Assembly: GCA_043808015.1 (NCBI GenBank) | Contig: JAZDFI010000034.1 | Span: forward strand, 1 to 48,783 | Source of the DNA: Candidatus Aenigmatarchaeota archaeon | GTDB lineage: Archaea; Aenigmatarchaeota; Aenigmatarchaeia; QMZP01; QMZT01 | Reading direction: 5' to 3' | Length of the DNA: 48,783 nucleotides | Shown here: positions 1-9,562 of the stretch, one piece after another | Numbering within the stretch: the first letter of the stretch is position 1 | How the letters are laid out: every line of letters starts with the position of its first letter | Notes under the pieces: model-generated | Databases searched by the model: none | Told to the model about the DNA's origin: nothing | What the model saw: the letters and a program-made list of their open reading frames with translations, nothing else | Position numbers and translations under genes: made by a program

Positions 1-30
1 AATATTGTTTTTAAAAACTAAGAACAATAG

Positions 31-43
31 AAAAGTATATAAG
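31..43 (+). promoter_or_regulatory. putative BRE/TATA box upstream of ftsZ
   Basis: AAAAGTATATAAG about 50 nt upstream of the ATG; SD-like GGGGTGAT at 82-89. Confidence 0.45.
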
Positions 44-95
44 TATGTTCAAATAAAATATTATTTGCCGCTCAGTGTAAATGGGGTGATGGGGA

Positions 96-1139
96 ATGGA
101 GAATTGTGCTCAGAATGAATTTGAATCTCACCAGGCCAAGATAATGGTTTTTGGCTGTGGTGGCGGTGGTAGCAACACCATAAACAGGCTGACGAACATG
201 GACATACAAGGCGCAGTGACAATAGCTGCCAACACGGATGCCAGGCATCTTGCCGTCACAAACGCCCACAAGAAACTTCTCATAGGAAAAGACATCACGA
301 GAGGGCTAGGAGCAGGTGGTTACCCTGAAGTCGGAAGGAGAGCGGCTGAAGAGTCCAGGGAAGATATAAAGAAACTAATAACCGGCTGCGATTTGCTGTT
401 CGTGACATGTGGGCTTGGAGGCGGGACCGGAACAGGTTCGGCGCCAGTGGTGGCCAAGATCGCCAAGGAGACAGGCTCGATAGTGATAGGCACTGTCACG
501 CTGCCTTTCAAGATGGAAGGCGCGAGAGTAGGCAAGGCGGAAGACGGTCTGCAGCGACTAAGGGACGCATGTGACACTGTCATTGTTATAGAGAACCAGA
601 AGCTCGTCCAGCTTGCAGGCAACAGGCCGCTTGGAGAGGCATTCGCTGTGGCAGATGGCCTCATAGCGACAATGATAAAGGGCATAACGGAGACGATTTC
701 GCAACCGTCGCTGGTCAACCTCGACTACGCAGACGTCAAGACCATAATGAACTCTGGAGGCGTCGCGACGATAGGAGTCGGCATATCAGACACGAAGAAC
801 CGCGCTTACGAGGTCGTGGAGCAGGCGCTGAAGAACCCGCTGCTAGATGTCGACTATGAAGGTGCGACAGGCGCGCTGATACAGGTAATCGGCGGAGACG
901 ACATGACACTCGACGAGATAAACATCGTCGGCGAAACGATATCCAAGAAGATGAATCCCGACGCGACGGTCATGTGGGGAGCCAGGATCCTGCCGGAATT
1001 CAAGGGCAAGCTTCAGGTCATAACGATAATAACCGGAGTGAAGTCGCCTTACATAATGGGCAAGACCCAGGAAGCGAAGCAGGTGAAATCTGCTGCCGAG
1101 AACTTCTCGAAGGAGTTCGGCATCAGGGTTTACGCTTGA
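96..1139 (+). CDS. ftsZ: cell division protein FtsZ
   Basis: GCGGGGSN, NTDA, tubulin signature GLGGGTGTG, T7 loop NLDYAD. Confidence 0.97.
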   Translation: MENCAQNEFESHQAKIMVFGCGGGGSNTINRLTNMDIQGAVTIAANTDARHLAVTNAHKKLLIGKDITRGLGAGGYPEVGRRAAEESREDIKKLITGCDLLFVTCGLGGGTGTGSAPVVAKIAKETGSIVIGTVTLPFKMEGARVGKAEDGLQRLRDACDTVIVIENQKLVQLAGNRPLGEAFAVADGLIATMIKGITETISQPSLVNLDYADVKTIMNSGGVATIGVGISDTKNRAYEVVEQALKNPLLDVDYEGATGALIQVIGGDDMTLDEINIVGETISKKMNPDATVMWGARILPEFKGKLQVITIITGVKSPYIMGKTQEAKQVKSAAENFSKEFGIRVYA

Positions 1140-1186
1140 AGGCAAACACACCCAAACGTGTCATAGCTTTACCCAGGGAAAGGGCG

Positions 1187-1236
1187 GGCCGCTGGCGAAT
1201 CCGGGCGGCCTTTAACTTTCCTCTCATTCTTTTTTA
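1187..1236 (+). terminator. GC hairpin plus pyrimidine/T tract between convergent genes
   Basis: GGCCGC (1187-1192) pairs with GCGGCC (1205-1210), followed by TTTAACTTTCC...TTCTTTTTT. Confidence 0.35.
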
Positions 1237-1650
1237 TCATTTTATCCTGGCTAAATCGCCGTTTATGATGACGGGTCTTACCGCTTCTATTTCGGACTTG
1301 TAAAATTCTATTTCAGGGATGGGGTTCAACAGGAAAATTTTCTTGCCCAGGACGTGCGCGAAGCCGATCTCCATCAGCGTATTGCCGCCTATGTAATTTT
1401 TGACGCCCCTCCTGTCGTAATTGAGCACGAGAATCGCGTCGCTCTTCTTTATCTTATTCCAGAACCTGCGTATCGCGTCTTTCTCGTTCTTGTCCAAGAG
1501 CGTCAGCCTTTCCTTCTCCTTTTCGTTTTTGCCGGCGTATGAGCCGATGAAATCGGATATGAGAACCTCGTGGCCCAGCTTCTCGAGCTTCTCTTTCGTC
1601 TCCAGCATATTCTCGGCGAACACCATGCTCGAGCAGATAGCAATTTTCAT
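1237..1650 (-). CDS. nucleoside 2-deoxyribosyltransferase-like protein
   Basis: KIAICSSM...IKKSDAILVLN...YIGGNTLMEIGFA..LGKKIFLLN, NDT-like pattern with conserved Glu. Confidence 0.7.
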   Translation of the reverse strand: MKIAICSSMVFAENMLETKEKLEKLGHEVLISDFIGSYAGKNEKEKERLTLLDKNEKDAIRRFWNKIKKSDAILVLNYDRRGVKNYIGGNTLMEIGFAHVLGKKIFLLNPIPEIEFYKSEIEAVRPVIINGDLARIK

Positions 1651-1733
1651 GGTTATTGGATGATTAGTTGAAATAAAAATTCATCAAAGATGTTTTCCTG
1701 CCGCAACGTTTATTATCTTTATGAACAATTATC

Positions 1734-2747
1734 GTGATGAGGATTTCTTTGTTCCCGGGGGCGAGTCTGGTTGAAAAGGTGCGCTCCCTTTACGAAAACG
1801 ACGAGGCTGAGCTGCCTAAATTCACCGGTAAAAAGGACGGAAAAAACGCCGGTGTTTTGAGCCGCGGGAAAAAATACGCTGGCAGGAAGCGCAAGAAAGA
1901 GCTTTATGTTGATTCTAAAGACAGTGACGAGACGGAAGAGAAGGATTACGACACCGAATTCTCTTCAGAGAGCGGCGAGTACGTGAAAGCCGGCCATAAG
2001 AAACGCGAGGACCGGGCGAGAATCGAAGTCGAACCCGTCGCCGCGCAGGGCGTGCAGCGCCTCGAAGTCACGGGGAAAGCCGCTAAAAAAGCCGCGCTAT
2101 CGGGGGCGAAGGGCGCGGTCAACGAGATGCTGACGGAGGCGAACGTGAAGGACGCGAAATACGCCGACGAGCTCAACAGCACGACCGTTCCCGACGTCGG
2201 ATTTCATTACGGCAGGCGGACGGGCCTCGTCAAGATAGAATACAACGACCCCGTGTTCATCAACAACCAGTGGACCTACCAGCGCATATTCATGAAAAAC
2301 AACGTGGGCGAGTCCAACGTTTACGAGTTTACGGTCAAGAAGGCGGGCACCAGCGGCCTCGAGACGCAGATCAGGTATGACGACAAGTTCCAGACTTTTT
2401 ATTTCGAATCTCTAAACGGCGTGCGCGACGGCAGGAACCAGACATACTGGGAGGTCTGGGTCAACGGCAACATAGTCGAGGACGCGCTGGACAAGAAGGA
2501 AGTCAAAAAGGGCGACGTCGTTGAATGGCGATTGGCGAACGAGCGCGAGTCGTTCTGCGGCGGCGGAGGATACGAGGAGCGGTACACGAGGCCGGAGATG
2601 CGCTCCAAAATAAGCGTCGAGGCCGAAGCCATGAACCAGATGTACGGCGCCGGTTTCGGCTACGGCTCAGGCTTTATCACGCCGGCCATGCCGGCATTTT
2701 CCGTCAGCAATTACGGCTTCCACGGAAGGCCGCTGCAGAACATCTGA
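1734..2747 (+). CDS. DUF4430 (transcobalamin C-terminal-like beta-grasp) domain protein
   Basis: FESLNGV...YWEVWVNG...DKKEVKKGDVVEWRL; charged low-complexity N-terminus; no signal peptide. Confidence 0.65.
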   Translation: MMRISLFPGASLVEKVRSLYENDEAELPKFTGKKDGKNAGVLSRGKKYAGRKRKKELYVDSKDSDETEEKDYDTEFSSESGEYVKAGHKKREDRARIEVEPVAAQGVQRLEVTGKAAKKAALSGAKGAVNEMLTEANVKDAKYADELNSTTVPDVGFHYGRRTGLVKIEYNDPVFINNQWTYQRIFMKNNVGESNVYEFTVKKAGTSGLETQIRYDDKFQTFYFESLNGVRDGRNQTYWEVWVNGNIVEDALDKKEVKKGDVVEWRLANERESFCGGGGYEERYTRPEMRSKISVEAEAMNQMYGAGFGYGSGFITPAMPAFSVSNYGFHGRPLQNI

Positions 2748-2753
2748 AGCGGC

Positions 2754-3125
2754 TCACATGAACCTGGCTTTTTTTGCCTGGGAGGCATCGATTTCCTTCA
2801 GTTCGGCGTCCTTGGCCGCGGGCTCGAAATATTTTACTTTCTTGTTCATGCGCCTTGCAAGGTCCACGTCCTCTAACATCTCCCTGTTCATCTCGCCGAT
2901 CACCCACACTTCCGACGCCTTCTTTATCTGGCCCAATCGCTCTTTGTCTCTCGCTTCCTTGTCGTTCGTTATCCTGGACACCTGCGCGAAGTCGGCGGCC
3001 ACGTTCGGGTAAACCGGGATAAGCTTCAAAGCCGTCGCCATGCGCATCGCCTTGAAGCGCTGGCCGAAATCGTTCTTTGAAATTGAAATGTAAACCACGT
3101 TGCTCCCCTTTTCATCCAAAGCCAT
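2754..3125 (-). CDS. DUF4406/NDT-like flavodoxin-fold protein (divergent)
   Basis: VYIS...PVYP...IKKASEVWVIGEMNREMLEDVDLARRMNKKVKYF; SD GGAGGGTGG before ATG 3125. Confidence 0.55.
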   Translation of the reverse strand: MALDEKGSNVVYISISKNDFGQRFKAMRMATALKLIPVYPNVAADFAQVSRITNDKEARDKERLGQIKKASEVWVIGEMNREMLEDVDLARRMNKKVKYFEPAAKDAELKEIDASQAKKARFM

Positions 3126-3381
3126 AATACCACCCTCCACATCGCTTCTAAAACAAACACTTACCAGAAAAATAATTGGTCACGAGTTTATTTAAAACTC
3201 GCAGGCGTAGAAGTCATCCGAAGAACGGCTTGGAAAGAATGTCGACTCTGTATGCTGATTTGAAGCTGAATTTCACGAAAACAGGCACGAAAAAGCAGAA
3301 TGAAAGTTTATGCCGGAGACTGGCTAAATCACATCCGTCTTCAGCACCTAGTTGACGATATCTTTCACCATCGCTTGACAG

Positions 3382-4140
3382 TCAGGCAACCTCTTGCTTG
3401 TCACAACCGTTTCCGTATTTCCCGTACCCGTTGCCGTTGTGATTTCCATGGTTGCCATTCCTCGTTTCTATATATCTCTTCAGACAGGTTTCCATCTTCC
3501 CGAGCTCCGCGTTCAGCTCGCTGGCCTTGTAGCCGTTTTTCTTTGACAGCTTCCTGGAGATTTCGTCCATGCCCATTTCATATTTGAAGTTTATCTTATC
3601 GTCGATGTCCATGCCGCTGGTCATCACGTCTTTCATCAGGCCGTAGTATCTTTCTTTCACCTTTCCTATGGCCTTCTCCTTTTTGTGCTGCTTGTATTTC
3701 TTGTCTACCCGGTCTATCATTTTACCCAGCGATATCACGCCCAGCACGCCGAGCAGGTCGTGCAGCCATTCTATTTCGTTTTTTCCGGACGTGAGCAGGT
3801 ACGCCCCGCCGAAGCCCGCCGCGTGCAGGCTCCACGAGCTGGTCCAGTCGTATACATATTTTATAGCTTTTTTCGTCGCCTCAGAAGCCGTCACTGCATA
3901 GTCGCAGAGTTTCTGGATGTCAAGACCGTTTTCATACGCCGCGTTGTCGTCGAACGCTGGATACCATGTGTCGTTTCTGACGCCGCTGAGCCCTTTTGTC
4001 TTGTACTCCCTGTCTGTCGTCAACTGGGCGCCTCTCTGGGCACCCGTTGAGTCATTCACGGTAAAGCTATGGTTTTCTGCTTTAAAACCCTTTCTATTGG
4101 CCGATGCATATCGGTTTTTAGCGTAAAAATCCCAACTCAT
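3382..4140 (-). CDS. hypothetical protein with central hydrophobic segments and Asn/Gly-rich tail
   Basis: 252-aa ORF filling the gap; no family recognised. Confidence 0.7.
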   Translation of the reverse strand: MSWDFYAKNRYASANRKGFKAENHSFTVNDSTGAQRGAQLTTDREYKTKGLSGVRNDTWYPAFDDNAAYENGLDIQKLCDYAVTASEATKKAIKYVYDWTSSWSLHAAGFGGAYLLTSGKNEIEWLHDLLGVLGVISLGKMIDRVDKKYKQHKKEKAIGKVKERYYGLMKDVMTSGMDIDDKINFKYEMGMDEISRKLSKKNGYKASELNAELGKMETCLKRYIETRNGNHGNHNGNGYGKYGNGCDKQEVA

Positions 4141-4195
4141 AAGTGAGTAGCCCGCTTGCGGTTTACTTTTTTATTGCCTCTGCCAAATATGTAAT

Positions 4196-5164
4196 ATGAT
4201 AAAAATTCTCGCCCTTGAGAATGGCAAAAAAATAATAAAAGACCTGCCCGTCTCGAGGCTGAAAACATTCCTCTGCAGCAGCAGGAACAAGGTATGGGTT
4301 AACATAGAAAATCCCACTACAGAAGAATACAGAGTCCTCGCGGACGTTTTCAAATTTCACCCGCTCGAGATAGAGGACTGCAAAAAACGACTCGAGCTGC
4401 CCAAGATAGACGAGTTCGACGACCATATATTTCTCGTCTTTCACCGATTCTCATACGATTTTCACAAGCACATGCTGAAACTGAAGGAGTTTGACATATT
4501 CCTCAGCAAAAACTACATCGTCACGTTTCCCAACGAGCCGTCCGACATGATAAAGGAGCTGGCGGATAAGTGCGCCAGGGAGCCGCAAATGCTCGCGAGG
4601 GGGACGGACTTCATACTCTATTGCATAGTCGACAGGTTGGTCGACGATTATTTCCCGATACTTGACCACTGGGACGAGGAAATGGAGAGGCTGGAAGGCG
4701 ACGTCCTGTCCGGCGACGTAAAAAAGACCATGAAAGACATGCTCAAGATAAAGAGGGACATAAGGCTATTCAAGAAGAGCATGGGGCCGCAGAGGGACGT
4801 GATGAACAAGCTGTCGCACCACGACCTGCCTTTCATCTCCGACAAGGCGAACATATACTTCCGCGACGTGTACGACCACATGCTGCGCTCGTATTCGATA
4901 GTCGAAGACCAGCGCGACATGATAACCACGATATTCGAGGCGCATCTTTCAAGCATCAACAACAAGCTCAACGAGATAATGAAGACGCTCACGATCATCG
5001 CGACGATTTTCATGCCCCTCACTTTCATCGTGGGCTTATACGGCATGAACTTCGAGAACATGCCCGAGCTCAGCTGGCAGTACGGCTATTACGAGGTGCT
5101 GCTGTTACTGTTCGTGGTCAGCGCGATCATGCTGGCCTACTTCAAGAAGAAAGACTGGATATAG
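4196..5164 (+). CDS. corA: magnesium/cobalt transporter CorA
   Basis: FHPLEIED, YFRDVYDH, signature YGMNFENMPEL, two C-terminal TM helices. Confidence 0.95.
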   Translation: MIKILALENGKKIIKDLPVSRLKTFLCSSRNKVWVNIENPTTEEYRVLADVFKFHPLEIEDCKKRLELPKIDEFDDHIFLVFHRFSYDFHKHMLKLKEFDIFLSKNYIVTFPNEPSDMIKELADKCAREPQMLARGTDFILYCIVDRLVDDYFPILDHWDEEMERLEGDVLSGDVKKTMKDMLKIKRDIRLFKKSMGPQRDVMNKLSHHDLPFISDKANIYFRDVYDHMLRSYSIVEDQRDMITTIFEAHLSSINNKLNEIMKTLTIIATIFMPLTFIVGLYGMNFENMPELSWQYGYYEVLLLLFVVSAIMLAYFKKKDWI

Positions 5165-5205
5165 CGGGACTGCTATAATTTTAATCACGCCTACATATTT
5201 TTAAC

Positions 5206-6465
5206 ATGGACTTCGACAAGGATTTCGACATCGAGCTCTCGGATTTCAATATCAAGAAGCGCGATTTATCGTTCCGTTACTGGATTTTCGAATACGGCGG
5301 CAGCGTCGAGGGCTGCGGCATTAACGACGGCATAGTTTACTTCGGCTCGTGCGACTATTTCATATACGCCATCGACGTGGAAACAGGGAAGCTTGTATGG
5401 AAGTTCAGGACAGGCGGCTGCGTCCCCAACTACGCGCCGGCGTTTTATGGTGACAACTTGTATCTGAGCTCATATGACAATTACCTCTACTGCCTTAACA
5501 AAAAAACCGGCGCGGAAGTGTGGCGCTTCAAGTCCGGAGACAAGTGCTGGTCTCCGCCGACGTGCTACGACGGCATAATTTATTTCGGCTCCAAGGACAG
5601 TTTCGTCTATGCAGTCGATGCAAAAACCGGCAGAGAAATATGGAGATTCAAAACCGGCGATATGGCAATCACCACACCGACGGCCTACAAGGACAAGCTC
5701 GTCATCGGCAGCTACGACGGCTTTCTTTACGTGCTTGACAGGAAAACCGGAAAGGAAGCCGGCAGGTTCAAGACAGCCGGCAACATAGTCAATATGATGG
5801 AGTTTGCCATAGATAAAAACACAATTTACTTCGGTTCTTTCGACAATAACATGTACGCCCTGAACCTGGATACGCTCAAGGAGATATGGAGATTCAAGAC
5901 CGGATATGGCATCACGTGCGTCCCGCTCGTTGAGAACAAAAAACTGTATTTCGGCTGCCAGGATCACAACCTGTATTGCCTTGATGCGGAAACCGGCAGG
6001 GAAATCTGGCGCTTCCGCGCGGGCGACAGGATAGGCTCCTCGACATCCGCTATTGTGAATGAAAAAATATATTTTGGCTCCAGGGACCATAATTTCTACT
6101 GCCTGGATTCTGAAACCGGCGAGGAAATCTGGCGTTTCAGGGCCATGCACGAGATCTGGTCTCCTGTGACAGTTTACAAAAATAGCGTGATATTCGGCTC
6201 GCTGGACTGCCATCTTTACAGGCTTGACGCAAAAACCGGAAAGAAAATATGGGCTTTCCTGACGAGCACAAAAACGGTCGCCACTTACAAAGTTTCCGAG
6301 GAGGTCTCGGCCGAGATAACCATAAAGCAGGAGGACGCAGGCGACAAAGAAGAGGAGAAATACGACCTCACGACCAGCGTTCCCCTCGACCTGAAAAGCG
6401 AATATTCATTCAAGAGCGAATACGCCTTCAAGTCCGAATACCACACCAAAAGCGAGTACGCATAG
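5206..6465 (+). CDS. PQQ-like (BamB-type) beta-propeller repeat protein
   Basis: about 8 repeats of IYFGSxDxxxYxLDxxTGxEIWRF. Confidence 0.9.
   Translation: MDFDKDFDIELSDFNIKKRDLSFRYWIFEYGGSVEGCGINDGIVYFGSCDYFIYAIDVETGKLVWKFRTGGCVPNYAPAFYGDNLYLSSYDNYLYCLNKKTGAEVWRFKSGDKCWSPPTCYDGIIYFGSKDSFVYAVDAKTGREIWRFKTGDMAITTPTAYKDKLVIGSYDGFLYVLDRKTGKEAGRFKTAGNIVNMMEFAIDKNTIYFGSFDNNMYALNLDTLKEIWRFKTGYGITCVPLVENKKLYFGCQDHNLYCLDAETGREIWRFRAGDRIGSSTSAIVNEKIYFGSRDHNFYCLDSETGEEIWRFRAMHEIWSPVTVYKNSVIFGSLDCHLYRLDAKTGKKIWAFLTSTKTVATYKVSEEVSAEITIKQEDAGDKEEEKYDLTTSVPLDLKSEYSFKSEYAFKSEYHTKSEYA
6394..6465 (+). repeat. 4 x 18-bp tandem repeat encoding KSEYxx at the C-terminus of the propeller protein
   Basis: KSEYSF-KSEYAF-KSEYHT-KSEYA*. 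Confidence 0.85.
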
Positions 6466-6509
6466 GCATGGCTGCCTTAAAGCAATAAAACAAAAAAGAA
6501 ATAGAAAAA

Positions 6510-7193
6510 TTATTCGTCAGACTCGGCTGCCAGGAATGCCCACCACGGTTTTTGGATTTGCAATACTTCCCCGTTTTCAGCATCCACTTGCGCATTTATC
6601 GGCATATTCGTTTCAAACAGCCATAAAAATTTAGCTTTCTTCTCCACCTGGATTTCATAAGCTGCTTTTACCTGTTCTCCCTGGCCGACCTCTTTTAATT
6701 CAATCTGGCAGTTGTTCTCCTCTGAGCAAACCTTTATTCGCAGTTGTTCCATGGCCTTTTCCGATGCTGCGTCAGGCATCACTTTCACTTCGGAATTTTT
6801 GCCATTGCTCAGCTTAACCTGCAGTTTTGTTCCGGTTTGTGTTTGTTCCTGCGTCATTTCCATGGAAGTCTGCGCGAAAACAGCGCCGGATTTTAGCTGC
6901 ACCATGTTATTGCTTTGCTCCTGAATCTGCAGCTGCTTTCCGTTTTCAGTCGTGTAAGTTCCGGTTTGAATCCTGTTTTGCGTCTGGACCTCGTTCTGTA
7001 TCTGGGTCGCCTCGCCCTGGTTCTGCTGTTGCGTCTCAGTGTTTGTGACAATTCCATCCGTTCCGTTGGCCTGTCCCTGGCCAGCCGGTTCACCAGCTCC
7101 GGGATTTCCCTGCTGCTCTTCGGCAAATGCTGAAGAGGCAACTAAAACGCAAAAAAGCGCGCCCAATACAATACTTAATGCTATTTTTTTCAT
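6510..7193 (-). CDS. secreted Gln-rich protein with PepSY-like C-terminal domain
   Basis: Signal peptide MKKIALSIVLG...SAFA; Q/T-rich linker; AYEI...AQVDAENGEVL..KPWWAFLA; G-rich SD before ATG 7193. Confidence 0.7.
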   Translation of the reverse strand: MKKIALSIVLGALFCVLVASSAFAEEQQGNPGAGEPAGQGQANGTDGIVTNTETQQQNQGEATQIQNEVQTQNRIQTGTYTTENGKQLQIQEQSNNMVQLKSGAVFAQTSMEMTQEQTQTGTKLQVKLSNGKNSEVKVMPDAASEKAMEQLRIKVCSEENNCQIELKEVGQGEQVKAAYEIQVEKKAKFLWLFETNMPINAQVDAENGEVLQIQKPWWAFLAAESDE

Positions 7194-7291
7194 ATTTCCC
7201 CCCTTGCATCCATAAAAGAGTATTACCTGCAATCGTTTAAATAAATTTTAAGAGCTTCGTAAAAACCCAATAAAATCATACGCTGATTTTA

Positions 7292-8425
7292 TCATAGGCG
7301 TTTCATGGCCGTGGCGGCGATGTAGGTTACGGCCATCACCAGCGGGAAAACGTATAGCGCCGTGAACGTGCCCAGCCCGAGTGTTATGAAAATCAGCGGC
7401 ACCTGCGCACCGGCTATCGTCGCGAGATCGTTGTTCCACCCCAGCGTGCTTATGACCTTCCCTTTCTCTGACGGCGCGAAGTCTTCGCTTATCCTGGAAA
7501 AAGTCCATATGTCTATAAGGCCCCCGGCCATGCCTATCAGTGCCGCGACGATGAAATAATGCGGCAGCGCGTTCCCGAAGACCATTATGGTCGCGGCTGC
7601 AAGATGCGCGGCTATGCAAAGAGGCAGCCAGTATTTTCTTATGCGCTTGTTCGATATCCTGCCGACGACGAAGTTAGTCCCGGAAAAAAGAATGCATTCC
7701 GCGATCACGACCAGCGACACCATGCTGCCAGAAAGTCCGAGCGTCTTCAGCGCGTAGCGTGCGAAAAAGAAAACGAACGCGGAGAACATGGCCAGGTCCA
7801 TGGTCTTGAATATTATGTATTTCCAAGTCTTTTTCAGGAATCCGAAGGACGGCCTCGCGGATTCGCCTCCCTTCTTCTTGCCGGCGAACTTGTACATCAG
7901 CAGTACCCAGACCAGGCCTGAAATCAATATTAGATAGAATGCGGAAGAGATGCCGAACCTGTCGATGAAAAATCCGGGTATGAGGAAGCCGATTATCCAC
8001 CCGAGGCTCGAGAGACCGTTGAACAGGCCGACTTTCCTGTCCGCGTCCTTGTCGACGAATCTGAGCGAGTAGATGAATATCGTTACGAACATCAGCGCGC
8101 TCGCGATGCCTGATGTGATCTTGAATATCGTTATCAGAAACAGGTCCGTGGTCTGGCCTATCATGAACAGGCCGCTTATGAAAACGAGCCCGCCTACCAG
8201 AAGAAAGACGCGTTCGCCATGCCTGTCGGTGAGGTGTCCCAGCACTGGCTTGGCCGCGAAAGAGAACACGTCGCCTATCGACAGCAGGAAGGCGAACATC
8301 GCTATCGAGATGTTCAGCGAGGAAAAATACATGGTCGGTATGAGCATCGCGAAGGCCATGAAAACGGTCTGGAAAAAGCCGAACATCGCCCCAGAAAACA
8401 GCCTCGCCCTGGATTCGTCAGCCAT
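7292..8425 (-). CDS. MFS transporter
   Basis: About 12 hydrophobic helices; motif A GHLTDRHGER. Confidence 0.9.
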   Translation of the reverse strand: MADESRARLFSGAMFGFFQTVFMAFAMLIPTMYFSSLNISIAMFAFLLSIGDVFSFAAKPVLGHLTDRHGERVFLLVGGLVFISGLFMIGQTTDLFLITIFKITSGIASALMFVTIFIYSLRFVDKDADRKVGLFNGLSSLGWIIGFLIPGFFIDRFGISSAFYLILISGLVWVLLMYKFAGKKKGGESARPSFGFLKKTWKYIIFKTMDLAMFSAFVFFFARYALKTLGLSGSMVSLVVIAECILFSGTNFVVGRISNKRIRKYWLPLCIAAHLAAATIMVFGNALPHYFIVAALIGMAGGLIDIWTFSRISEDFAPSEKGKVISTLGWNNDLATIAGAQVPLIFITLGLGTFTALYVFPLVMAVTYIAATAMKRL

Positions 8426-8497
8426 TTAAGACACCAAAACCCTTTTCAAAATCTTTGTAGGAATTACATAAAAGCTTTTTTTAACGGTGACTCGGAA

Positions 8498-8740
8498 ATG
8501 AGTATATGCATTGCGCTTTTCCAACGTTCATTGATTGCGATAAACAGCGCGTTTTTGTCTGTCAGCTACCGAATTGATGACCATGTGATAAGCGCAGAAA
8601 ACGGGAAAGAAATCTGGCGCTCCAGAACGGGAGGCAAGATTTACCCTTCGCGCATCGCGCGCGGCGAAAAGTTTTGTTTCGTCTCGCGGAACGGCTTCGT
8701 ATACCATTCGACGCGAAAATTCGAAAAAATATTAATTTAA
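8498..8740 (+). pseudogene. degenerate PQQ-repeat gene remnant
   Basis: ISAENGKEIWRSRTGGKIY...FCFVSRNGFVY resembles the blades of 5206..6465; only 1-2 decayed blades. Confidence 0.5.
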
Positions 8741-8762
8741 ACTTTCATCACTATAGCGTGAT

Positions 8763-9554
8763 ATGAAAACCTCTGAAATGGAAAAGATAAACATTTTTTA
8801 CAGTATGCATGACCCGAATTTTGAGGCCGTAGATGTCAATGGAAAAGGGAGTTCTCGCGCCCTCAACTTCGGCTTCTGGGCCGACGGCATACAAAACCTG
8901 CACCAGGCACAGCAAAGGCTCTTGAGGGAGGTCGTTGAAATGTCGCCTCCAAGTGCAGGAGAAAGAGTGGGCGACATTGGCTGCGGCAAAGGCCCTCTAA
9001 GCATTTTTCTTGCTCAGCACTATCCTGTTGATGTAGTGGGCCTCGACATTTTGTTAGACCATGTAAATTGTGCCAAGAAAGACGCGGACGCACAAGGCTT
9101 ATCTGACCGCATCAGGATAACTGTTGGCGATGCGGAAATGATGCCCTTTCTTTCCGAAGAAATGGACAGGCTTTTTTGTCTGGAATCGGCTTTTCATTAT
9201 CCGGATAAAGCGGCATTTGCGCGTGAGGCATACCGGGTCCTGAAAAAAGAGGGTAAAATCGTGCTCGCTGACATCACATGCGAGGACCGCGGCAGACTCC
9301 GTTTCCCTGATGTAACATTCACAACCAAAGATGCATGGAAGAGGTATCTGAAGGAAGCGGGTTTTTCAATCCGGAAAGATAGGAGTATAGGCGGCAGCGT
9401 CTACCCGCCGCTGGTCGAATACACCAGAGGTATAGACCCCAGAAAATATCCGGACCCGGCGGCGCTTCTCTGGTGGAAGCTCGTGGTGAGAGACTACAAT
9501 GCAAACTTCCAGAGAGGAAATATTGACTATGTGCTGATGCTCGCACAGAAATAA
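8763..9554 (+). CDS. class I SAM-dependent methyltransferase (sterol/tocopherol/RebM-like)
   Basis: LNFGFW, VGDIGCGKG, GDAEMMPF, LESAFHY, EAYRVLKKEG. Confidence 0.9.
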   Translation: MKTSEMEKINIFYSMHDPNFEAVDVNGKGSSRALNFGFWADGIQNLHQAQQRLLREVVEMSPPSAGERVGDIGCGKGPLSIFLAQHYPVDVVGLDILLDHVNCAKKDADAQGLSDRIRITVGDAEMMPFLSEEMDRLFCLESAFHYPDKAAFAREAYRVLKKEGKIVLADITCEDRGRLRFPDVTFTTKDAWKRYLKEAGFSIRKDRSIGGSVYPPLVEYTRGIDPRKYPDPAALLWWKLVVRDYNANFQRGNIDYVLMLAQK

Positions 9555-9562
9555 AGCTTTAC

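Noticed and set aside
3141-3381. 240-bp intergenic stretch as ncRNA or small ORF (38-aa MSTLYADL...)
   Set aside because: No recognisable RNA motif, convincing structure or protein feature.
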